Shown here one piece after another: positions 1-10,600 of a stretch of DNA of 46,379 bases (positions within the stretch are counted from its first letter, which is position 1; each line of letters opens with the position of its first letter). Position numbers and translations under genes: made by a program. The DNA comes from Catajapyx aquilonaris (taxonomy: Eukaryota). The notes under the pieces were generated by a model that was not told the origin of the DNA, did no database searches, and saw only the letters and a list, made by a program, of their open reading frames with translations. The stretch spans positions 1 through 46,379 of the forward strand of contig JYFJ02003108.1 of the NCBI GenBank assembly GCA_000934665.2, given 5' to 3'.

Positions 1-718
1 TAAGAAATAAACAGAGTGGCAGCAATTTTTACCAGACCCCACAGAAATTCACTGTCCAAGGTATAATCGTATTTATTTCAGCTGTTAACTGTCAAATTAA
101 CTTCAAATTTGGTATCCTCCTAGCTCAATTGTTACTATTCATAATTATCCATTCTAAAGTCCAGATAATCTTAATGGAAACTTTTTATCACATCCTGTGT
201 ATAACCCCACCACTCCATTTTTTGGGGGTGTCCAAATATTTTCAGATCAGGGCAAGTACATATCAATACAAACATTAGTAAGAAATAATTATGGCAGCAT
301 CAATACCAAAACATTAAGTGCAATGGGCCACTTAGTTTCAAGCTCCTTTTATCATAGTAATGACTTATGGAGGATACTAACAAATTTGTTTCGCACTATT
401 GGACAGCATGCAGAAAACAGCTCATGAGTGTAACGCACTATAGTTGATTACATCCATGAATTTGCCGCAGATTTTGTACATAGTCAACACCAATGGATAT
501 TAAAAATAGAACAACTTCCCCTCCATTATTTGACGTTTGATGCCACATTAAATTCATAAATGGCGTATGCAAACTACGCGAACTGTGCTGCGGGAAGAGA
601 ATCTATAGCCAAATTTCCTTAGAATGATAGAATTTGCTTTATTTCAATGATGTTACGCCAGATTTAGAACTTATAAAGCATTAAAATTACAATGCAACGG
701 TATAGCAGCTCAATCTTA

Positions 719-1032
719 TACGAGGGGAGTTAGGAAAGTCTTTACACTTTTTTTTTGCCACAAATACAGGTCCCATTCAGGTCGGAAGATAGGCGAACAT
801 TATCGATAGAACCCTCCTGGAGCCGAATTCACTGGCATCATAGGTATATAAACTTCTCCAGGTACTCCAGGAACCACTTTTTGGTGGAGCGGCGGGCGCT
901 CCCACTCCCGGACAATTGCTTCTTGTTCAACAATGTCCTCGAAATGGCTTCGACGAAGGAGTTCTTCACGGAGTCGAACAGGTGAATGTTACTGGATGCC
1001 ATATCGGGGGAATTCGGCGGATGTGGAAGCAC
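719..1032 (-). mobile_element. Degenerate mariner (Tc1/mariner) 3' end: TIR plus transposase C-terminal fragment
   Basis: TA at 719-720 followed by CGAGGGGAGTTAGGAAAGT, resembling mariner TA-CGAGGG termini. Minus-strand ORF 838-1032 reads LPHPPNSPDMASSNIHLF, a decayed form of the mariner LPHPPYSPDLAPSDYHLF motif; downstream part is frameshifted. Confidence 0.8.
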
Positions 1033-1039
1033 TCATACC

Positions 1040-1217
1040 CGGTTCCATGAAAAAAACCTTCGCCGACGCCATTTCGAGGACATTGTTGACAGTTGTTGAC
1101 TATGATCAGTTGTCCGTTGGTGGGTTCGCCGCACCTCCAAAAAAACGGGTCGACATACCCGTGATGCCATTGTATTCGTGCTCCAGGAGGGTTCCGTCGA
1201 TAATAATATGTGCCTAT
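1040..1217 (+). mobile_element. Second, inverted copy of the same mariner 3' segment
   Basis: Reverse complement of about 789-975: CAACAATGTCCTCGAAATGGC (~928) vs GCCATTTCGAGGACATTGTTG (~1068), and GAACCCTCCTGGAGC (~809) vs GCTCCAGGAGGGTTC (~1180). Confidence 0.75.
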
Positions 1218-1302
1218 TGAGGATGTTACAATTTAATATGTTTAAACATTGCGATTCATCCTTATAAGTAACCATTTTATGATTATAGGGTAGCCTAGTA
1301 AA

Positions 1303-1305
<3 letters not shown>

Positions 1306-1344
<39 letters not shown>
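1306..1344. repeat. (CAT)13 microsatellite
   Basis: Read directly; it explains the poly-Met ORF 1033-1344. Confidence 0.97.
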
Positions 1345-1346
<2 letters not shown>

Positions 1347-1660
1347 GGGAGGTGAAGTGGCGCAGCGGTAACGCTCGCGCCCACGGATATTAAGGTCCCG
1401 GGTTCGATCCCCACCCGGGGTTCCCACCTTTATCCGTGCAGAGTTGGGCCATCTCTGGCTTCATTTCGGGTGGCAATTTCCGACAGACTAAGCCACCCGG
1501 GGAAGCTCACAAAATGACCATTAGAGACATTGCACTTGCACTTTGCACAGCCCCTCCTACCTACCCTGGAGTAATTAATTAAGATCTTCTTATATGGCTC
1601 CAATTTCCGATGGTGGTAATCCACCCCCCTAAAGGATATGATAATAATGATAATGATAAT
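1345..1660 (+). mobile_element. tRNA-derived SINE, family A, copy 1
   Basis: Pol III box A-like GTGGCGCAGCGG and box B GGTTCGATCC; body clearly homologous to 45182-45470; ends in an ATG/ATA simple-repeat tail and is flanked by CATCATCAT on both sides. Confidence 0.9.
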
Positions 1661-2629
1661 CATCATCATTTAACACATTCCTTCACATATTGGCTGATGC
1701 ATGTCACCCTCTACACTCACATAAATAGTGATGCTGTGGGGGAAAAGCATTGTGTTGTAAATGTCACTTGAAGGCACATAAATATGTAAACAGTCATTCC
1801 AATCAAGAATCAATTATTGGGCGTATCGTTAACCAGAAGCCAACATGGGCTTGGTAGGCCAAGCTTAGTGGGCAAATAATCAAATCAGGAAAGAAAAGTG
1901 GAGCGCACAAATGCACAAATAATGCTGTAGTCAACTAGGCTTGAGCTGCGCCTGAAACCAGTTGGATAGGACCTCAAAAACCCTGCATTGGACATTTTGC
2001 TTTCCACGCAATAAGCGTTCAAACCCAAAACCGCTGCGCCCATTCAGGCTTGATATGAAGTCCCAAGTGTGGCAATGGCAATTAATTTTTTTTCTACCCC
2101 CACCCCCCTATCCCCCCTTTTCCATGACCCCCCAACCAGTGCACGATAATCAGACCCTTGTTTGACGGATAATTGAGGGATTTGATTGGGCGCAACAGCA
2201 TCCGGAAAGAACACACAGACAAGTCCGCAGCGTACATAATTATCGCCGTCTCGTATGTTTGCCCGCTGCAATGTATACGCTACGAGCGACCCGTTGATTT
2301 TCATAATTGCTGCACTGGGGCTTGTTCTTGACTGTGCAAATGTGGAAATTAAATAACACGCTCCCATTGACTTCCTTTTTTGGAAGTGACGGCAGTGGGC
2401 GCGCTAACCGGATTGGAAGGCCCCTGACATTACGCCAAGAGGTCGCTCTCATCATCCCAATGAAACCCACTCTGGATATACACAGCGCAAACGCAACCCC
2501 CGCCACTCTCCCCTTGCAAATGAAAAACTTAATCCTATTGTGAAACACATTGACGTGCATGCCAGCTCCTACTGACCAAACGTCCACCAGCTTCCCGCAC
2601 CAGAGGAAAAAAAACCGACAGCTATCAAT

Positions 2630-2680
2630 TAGCACTGGTATTTGCACGGGGAGCTACTCTAGGTGCAAGTGCTATTGCTA
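2630..2680 (+). ncRNA. Candidate RNA hairpin (pre-miRNA-like)
   Basis: TAGCACTGGTATTTGCAC (2630-2647) pairs with GTGCAAGTGCTATTGCTA (2663-2680): 17 of 18 positions pair, including 3 G:U wobbles that work only on the + strand. No exact match to a miRNA I know. Confidence 0.25.
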
Positions 2681-2806
2681 TCAAAAAAAGAGCGCTTTAG
2701 TCGTGGCTTTAAAAAAATCCGGGTGGTTGCTAAAGCTGAAGGTGAAGAATCACTACAAATCCCGTTTTCGGTAGACTTCTGCTTTAATGTTTTGTTTTGT
2801 CTGATC

Positions 2807-2842
2807 TATAAAAGCCGCTGCTGCCGAGCTGACTTTTCACTC
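2807..2842 (+). promoter_or_regulatory. Candidate Pol II core promoter (TATA plus Inr-like)
   Basis: TATAAAAG at 2807-2814 and TCACTC at 2837-2842 (A at 2839, 32 nt after the TATA start); reverse CCAAT boxes (ATTGG) at ~2185 and ~2412. Motif-only evidence. Confidence 0.3.
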
Positions 2843-4143
2843 AAATAACGATTTTTTTTCCTGCTCCTTTCTAGCCCCCGTCTTCCACTTCAGACTTCAA
2901 GTAGCTTCTAACCTTTGAGTCAAGTATATTTAAAGCACTTCTTCACTCCGTCTCTTGCTTAGACAAAATTACCTACAGAAAATAGACAACGTGGTCTGGT
3001 TGCTCCTTTTTTTGACAGGTTGCTCGCTACTGCATTAGGGGACAACTAGACTTTCCGTCCTGGTCCCGCTAAACGAAAACGCTGTCCGTAACGAGATTTG
3101 ATCCCCTCCCTCCCCCCCTCCCCCCATCCGGAGTTCATCTCATTCATGCTCGTGGTAACTACTTCGGTCAACCCACTTTTACCCAAATCGGGCGTATCAC
3201 ACCATGTTATAAATTAAATTTTTTAACCACCATATTTGTTTGGCCTAAAGTTGAAGCGAATGACCTAACCAGCGCACCAACTATTTTATAAATGCCAAAA
3301 CAAAGATCCCATATTATTCTATCCAAATCAATGTAATGTACACCAACTCTCGCAGAGCGTGTAAGCATAAATTTGGTGGGGTTGTACAGCTGAAAAATAC
3401 CCCCAACCCTATATACAGCAAGAGTCCAGTTTGCACAAGCCAGTGGCTATGGCAAATAACAGCGATAAAAATTTGAGCATAACATCCCCGGGGTGCGAAC
3501 AGTTGGTTTTTCCCCAGGTCCGGCGCCTGTAGCTTGCTGCAGTGTGTCTGGGGAAAGGCTGAAGAGAAGCTGGATGAAATCGGATTTGTCTTGAACCATC
3601 ATTCTAGAGGGCATGCTGGAAGTGGCACATGAAACGCGCGACCTATTCGGCATCCTACATTGGTTTTGACATTGCAATTACTCACTTCAGTTTGTGTCAC
3701 AATCAGGGGGTAACGGATCCCCTCAGGGTTAAGTAATCTGGAGAGTGAGAGAGAGGAACGAGGGAAAGAGGAGAGAGATGTGAGGTCCTTTTTACTTTTC
3801 TGCTCCACCCTATCCCTCTCTCGTACTCTAAATTACAATACACTCCTTCACAAAAAGCCTTCCAGCTGTTTGCATTATGCACGGGTTTTCCTTTTGATGT
3901 CTGAGCATGATTTCGCCAGTCAGGGAGGCACCCTCATTTTGCCAGCAGAAATTATTTGTTTTTTTGTGTTAACAATTGAAGGGGGAGGGGACATTTGAAT
4001 ATTTCAGTTCGAAGTGATTGGGACGTTGTGTGTTACAGCACAATTCTGTCATTACACGAATTTACTGGCTTAATTAATTGCTCTTGATATTAGTTGCCAT
4101 CTGTTCGGTTACACGTCGACTTTCATGAGCCCACAATCAATAT

Positions 4144-4234
4144 TTTATTGTTATTTATTTATTTTACGTACCCGGTAATGAGCCGGAGGCGCTTTTGGGG
4201 CCAAACCCATTGTACTGCTCATTACAAAAAAGTA
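4144..4234 (-). mobile_element. Severely 5'-truncated retroposon 3' end with A-rich tail
   Basis: Perfect 16-bp TSD AGCCCACAATCAATAT at 4128-4143 and 4235-4250; minus strand ends CCCCAAAAGCGCCTCCGGCTCATTACCGGGTACGT-AAAATAAATAAATAACAATAAA. Confidence 0.8.
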
Positions 4235-7200
4235 AGCCCACAATCAATATCCAACCCTCATTTGTGAATTATTTAAGTCAATTCACATTATCATTATTAG
4301 CTTCATGCTACAACGACAATAATACTTCTTGCGAATATAATTAACATGTTTGTGCAAATATGGGTGAACCAATATTTCCATTTCGAGATCCATTAATGAT
4401 ATCAATTTTATAAAATATATATGTCGACATTTACATGGCAAATTACCGATGACAATGCGAAGATATCACACAGTAACTAAATAATCAGCATTTATACTGT
4501 TCTGGAATTAATTGTCACATTTTCTAATGGCGGTTTTACAACTGCCACTGCAAAGCAACCGCAATCAAACTAAGAGCGAGAAGTTGCTTTGTGTAGTCCT
4601 TTCATACAGTTGCCCATTTGCGAAGTGCTCAACCGCGTATTTTGCGCTACGTAACATTTTCGCATCTGCTGATGACGCCTGACGAAAAACACTGCGAAAT
4701 TCATGTCCCGACTTGAAGGAAGGGAATTCATGATCACATGCTCTCTGTGGTGCTGATTTGACTACAGGGTTGCTTCAAGAAATCCCATGGAGACGGGACA
4801 CTATGTAAGCATAACTAATCTTACCTCGGCATTATTAAGATGTAAAATATCGTGTCATGTGACCATAACTTCTATTTTAAAATCCGAGATAAGGACGAGC
4901 ATGTTTACGTAATGTTCAGTCTTCAAGTCGAGCTACGTCGGACCAGCTCCCGTCAGAAGGATCTTTGTACACCTCCCAACTCCAACACAAGTGCAAATGA
5001 CCCCAAGCGCTCTAACTGTAAGAGTCAGGTGTTGGCTTTAGACCTTAGCGTTAGCACTGTGGCCTTTCTGGTGATAATAATATGAGGATAAAATGTTAGT
5101 TGGACGCAAAAAGAATGCAGCGAGGCCAGGTCGGCTCGCTCCTTTAAACACCAACTTGTACCCCCTGTGAAAGGTCGCAATTCCTCTGCCAATCTAATTT
5201 AGGACACGGGTGGCTCTGTGTAACAAGTTCCTTCAGACCAGCGCCTTTTTGCAGAACCAAATTAGCGCTTGTGAAAATGGGCGTTGCGAGGACTACGCCT
5301 AAGGACTTGGATTTCCCATCTCGCGGGTTCCTTTTAATCATCAAAGACACGACTCTACGAAGCAAGGGAAAAGTAGGTTCTCAGCGCTGGAAAAGCCAGA
5401 CTACATACATACAAGGATGACCTAAAACCCTGTTTATGATGGCGGCAGCACCTTTCAAGTTGCGGGTACAACGGCATGTCTCCTTGGGGACGGATGAAAT
5501 TTGAGGCGTGGGGAAACTTGGAAGGAAATTTCCCCCATCTCGCTATCATCCCTAGGCATCGACATCGGCTCTGCTAAATCGTGTTCATTATGCTTGCGGC
5601 GACTTACCCAAGTATGGAGTTCAGTAGGTCAGTCAGTTGCTTGAGAGGTGGTGGAAGAGGCTGGGCTTTTACACAGCCCCAAGATGTAACAGCCTTAGAA
5701 GGGCTCGGCTGGGAGGAGTAGAGATGATTTGCGGGATCTTGGGGGAAATAAGGGAGGTGAGATATACCCGGCTCATTTGCATCATCTGCAAAGTGTCAGT
5801 GGTTGACGGGGGTTAGGCAAAGGCGACAAGGCCCGGCTTCAGACTCGGGAGCATACGGATTTTAAGGCCAGGTTTAATGCGGCCTAATGCTCTCTTAGCA
5901 GGTTCTTCTGGAGACTGAATTAGGCGGTAACGGGGGTGCTTCTATTTTTTTGCAGGCACGTGCGAAATGAGCTCTGGCTGCATATTTCGGGATGCGACAG
6001 AGTTGTGCGACCATTGTTACTAAACATTCGCAGCATTTCCAACCGTGGATGATGACTACACTAATCAAGCACCGGCTTCCAACGAGCCTACCAATGATGT
6101 ACAAATGTGGTAGTGACTCTCGAATCATTTCCATCAGGAAGGACACATGCAAATGCAATGTACCACGCATGGAACATGACGTAGGGAACAAGGGTCGCAT
6201 TTAGACCCCCCAGAGTCGTGGTGCATACCAGCGTGAAATGTGGCGAGGGGGGGGGNGGAGCTCTGTGGGAATGTTCCATAGGGACATCATATATAGCGAC
6301 GTGAGAGGGCTTTAGGCTTTTGACAGGTGAAGTTGACGGGGAGGGGACACATTTTGAGCCATCTTGGCCAGGGCCTAGTGTTGCTTGTCACTCGGAGGAT
6401 TTTCAGACTCCCCTGCACCCGTAATGGAAGCCCTATTTTTGTTCGTTTTCAAACTGCGTGTCTTGTCACTCGATTTTGGCACGTTCAAATTGCGCTTATG
6501 TTTCAGGAGTTGCGATATGATTTTTTTTGCATCCGCCCCCGCAGATGTTGGACCAGACGATTACATGCTCCCCATATCTGCTAACCGTCCACTGATGGGT
6601 TTTTCATCTCCTCTACCCAGTTGTGACACGAATTGCGCCATTAAACTGGCAAAGGCCCGGAGCTTACTGTAACTGTCACCATTTTCTGTTTTTCCCTTTG
6701 TTTGCCTTTTGGGTACGCAATTCCCAGGGTAATTTAAAAGCATATATACGGAACGATACTTTTGCTACCCAACTACAGTCGTAATCTTGGCCTGGGAGTG
6801 ACACAAGGCCAGGCTCAACAGAGTGTACTTAACATAAGGCCCTCCTTTTCAAAGAGTTTGGACCGAGAGATACAAGCGGAGAAATAAAATAGGATAATTC
6901 ACTTTATCACTCCTTCACAGAAACGTATCTACACCCGCAGTCGCCAGCCATAAACTGCATTGGTCTGGTGCGCGGTCAGCATTATTCGCAAACTGGGGAA
7001 AAAAGATGGTTCCCCAGCTCCCAAAGCTGTATGCACATCCTTATCTAAATACGTCCCTTTCTAACAGCCACTCTTTGGCCTTTACTCCCTCAACTTTGCT
7101 TAATTGGACTAGTCTACGCTGACTGGATGTTTCCCTTACTTCCAGGCTCAAAACCCTGGAGTGCAGTCCAGATTAAGTAGTTGCGCTGGTTTGGTTGCGT

Positions 7201-7600
7201 ACTGTTCAGGATACATCTGCAACGCCTCTGCATTGTGTATCATAATCCTTTATTAACCTCTTTTATACATAACAAAAACAACTGTAATTCGATTATAGAA
7301 AAATAGTCCGCACTGTACATGCACAAACATAAATTTGTGATACCACAGTGATGTCCAGGGGAAAAAGTAGAAGTAGTAGATGTCATTTTCACTACATTTC
7401 AAACAGAGTGTAAATTAATGTTGCAGATGTGACAATTTAAACTTGAAATGCATAACACTTCTGGGAATTTCAGTGATTACTACGTTATGTTTAACCACTG
7501 TAATGCATGTAGCCAGTACCCCAGAGTGTTACGTAATAAATACCTGTTGATCTACTGTAGTACCATTTGAGCCAGATAATTCTACCCATACATATCACTC

Positions 7601-7640
7601 TGAGGTTAGGTTAGGTTAGGTTAGGTTAGGTTAGGTTAGG
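7601..7640 (+). repeat. Interstitial arthropod-type telomeric repeat TGAGG(TTAGG)7
   Basis: Seven perfect TTAGG units at 7606-7640. Confidence 0.92.
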
Positions 7641-10600
7641 TAACTTACCCATAAGGGAAACATATAGGCTATATCTATGTATAAGCAGATAATTTCTTTC
7701 AGATATCTGTCCCGAGAAGTGGTGACTATGAGGAGTAGACCCATGAATATCGATATATCAATTCATCGCGAAAAGGAATATCTTTAGCACAATATTAAAA
7801 TTTAACCCTAGTGGATTATGCTGGCCAGGGTGACAAGTCTATGGACCGAAGAACACCTTTGGCATCAGCAAACAGGGAGTGACAGAATGCAGCGCAAAAT
7901 GCTGCTTGAAAGGTCCAGAGCCGGCATCCATTAGCGAGTGTGAGAGGTAGGTATCTGAATCCCCTCCACTGTTTTCCGCATATATTTCCATTCCCCTCAG
8001 CGGATCCTCCTTTTCCGGGTGCATAACCGGAGGGATGACGCGCAAACAGTTGCAGTAAACGCAAGCTGCAGTCCGGCCGGGCGGTGAGAACAATGCTAAT
8101 TCCTAGCCGCCATTGGGAAATGGTAGAGGGAAATGTCAGTTGGGCTTTTCAAGCTGGTTGGTTGGCTATATAGCACACAAAGGCTTCGCCACGCATAATT
8201 TGGCAATCAACTTTTGCAGGGGGCGGAGGAGTGGGGATCCAGGGTTGCCTAGGTTTGGAGAGTCGACCACGAAAATGCACTCAAATCTCCACCTACTTCA
8301 AGTAGAGGAAAAAACTGGTAATGACACCGCTTCTTTCCTGAGAACCAAAATTACCTGAACATCTGCTTTTTGATATTAACGACACCACTTATGGCGTTTC
8401 CGCACAACTACCGCATAGATGTCCTTTATGGAGCAATATCGGCTCTACAGCATGAGATTGGCTGCTTTGGCGTAAACCCTAAATCCATAATATTCATGCT
8501 TACCACCAACAGAAAAAACAGGCACAATACTAAAGTTTAAATAACTAACTTGGCTAATATGTAATATAATTTTAATTAGTTTGACTACTATGCATAATGT
8601 GGAATTACTCTTACATTATCCAATTAATCAGCGTAACCACTCTCGCCATTATTTTCCGCTTCCTCGCCCGTGTTCTGAAGTTGTGTCTTGCATAGTTTTT
8701 CAGGCAAGAATAGTTTTAGTACTTGCAAAAACTTTCCTAATTTACAAGTCGGCCCAACCTCTTTTTAAACCCCAGGACTTTTTTTTATATATTTTAGGAA
8801 TTTGCCCGCGCCTTTCTTACAAGCTTATACATGTAGTCCATATCCTGGAGTTTATCTCGCGTCATTTTGTCCCAGTTTTTTTCTTGAAACTTGAAGGGAC
8901 GCACTTTTACCGACATGGCCAACTTTCTAATCTCATTCAGAAAATACCAAGTTTTGCCGTCAGATTAATGCGATGGGTGAGAAGTTGGCGTAAAAGGATG
9001 CCACGGCAGATGAAAATGCGAGGACGTCAGAATAATCCCATAAACCACGTCGAAATTTAATAATATTAAGAAGGCACATTTGCTGCATTACGGGGCAAAG
9101 TGATAGCAACAAAGTTGAAACTTAGCGATTCATTACGCTTCGTCTCTTTGTAAACTCCCAATTTGCATGCCGCTTAATACTTATAAGAGGGAGGGGGGAA
9201 GGTGAGGGGGGAGGGAAAAAGTCACTTCCTTCCTTTGTGTAGTTAACCTGTCTATGTTTTTGGAGCAGGTCAAAAACGGCTGAAACTCCATCTAATTGTG
9301 CCGGGTGTTTTTCAGCAAAATTATTCATAATGGAGCAAAAGCGCCTGCGGGGCTCTCATTTCCTGCACATATTGACGCGCCATATTTTCCCTCAGGCATC
9401 TGTATAATGGCTGTCAAAGGAAGCGATGCTAAAAGTGACAGCCCCTTTGGTTTTGCTTCTCACTTGAGATGCATTGTTGCCTTATTTTGGCCCAGTTTCG
9501 AAACGAGATATAACCGTTAGACGTGTCTGTGCACGAACGAACATGTCTGTGCCTGTTCAGAGGTTCCCATTGTTGCATGTCCCTTTTTTATAGAAATGCA
9601 TGCGCACCTTTTGCATTTGGAATTGGATTATGCTGGCAGTGATAACCGCTCGGGTGTAATTTGCACTGCGCAAGAGTAGGTTTTTTAAAAACTAGAAAAA
9701 AAACTAAAGGCAAGAACAGTCCTGCCTGCAGCTGATGGCTGGAATGAGAAGAGGGAAAAATACGTCGCTTTCATTTCCCTTTCATAAAAAAAGAGTCTTG
9801 CTCGTGGCATGCAAAGCATTTGCAATTGGCAACTCGGCCACCTTTACAACGATTGGCCCGCGGCAAACTTTTTTTTTGTGCCCCCGCTAGTAAACGACTG
9901 TCGATATTGTTATTGTCAAAAATATTTTCCATTTTGGAGTCCGGAGGGAGAAATTCTCCTCTATGGGGGTTTGCGGGAAGCCAGGCTATTTGTGTGCGGA
10001 ATTATCATGTTGGTGCTGATTGTGGGAAGAAATCTGGATTTTTTGAAAGCTCTGTTGTGTTCGAAGTGTGGGGGGTAGAGTGAGGAGGGTTGGGTTTATA
10101 CACATCAGAGGGCAGGAAATCACCAAAAGTTGCCTCCCCCCTCGTCGCATAACTTGTTTTCGTGGCACGTGGAGCTTCTATAGACCGTGCCAGACATTGC
10201 CAGTTATTGTGGAACTTTCAAAGTTGCTCCCCAAAGGCGGCTTGGATTTATGAGAGTGGAACGAGACGATGCAACTGCCAATAAACCCCTTAGCGTGGCC
10301 GAGGTGACGCTGCCTATATTATTGGATCCAAGAGCAATAGTGCTTCATACATTGCTGGCAGGTGAGGTGAAAAGCTCTCTACCATGTATATTCTATAGTA
10401 GGCATACAGTGCATGTAAGTATTCAAAAGAGGCTTGAATCGAATAGCGTTTGCATGCATATAATCCGGTCAAGTTTTTTTCATTATAGAAACCCTAGAAA
10501 ATGCGGGCAAATATCCCTTTGATTTTATTTAATTAAAGCACTATCGGTGAGGTAATGAATGATACCCAAAACAGCTCTTTTGACTAGAAGTAGACCACCT

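Noticed and set aside
1033..1344. Poly-Met ORF
   Set aside because: Translation of the (CAT)13 microsatellite.
1345..1425. tRNA genes at 1345, 33928 and 45182
   Set aside because: A/B boxes run on into SINE bodies with tails and TSDs, and I could not build a clean cloverleaf.
7206..7216. TCAGGATACAT, the reverse complement of part of miR-iab-4
   Set aside because: Only 11 nt match and there is no hairpin. I also saw no miR-10, miR-993 or homeobox, so a Hox assignment is unsupported.
8239..8249. CAGGGTTGCC hAT-like terminus
   Set aside because: No partner TIR or TSD found.
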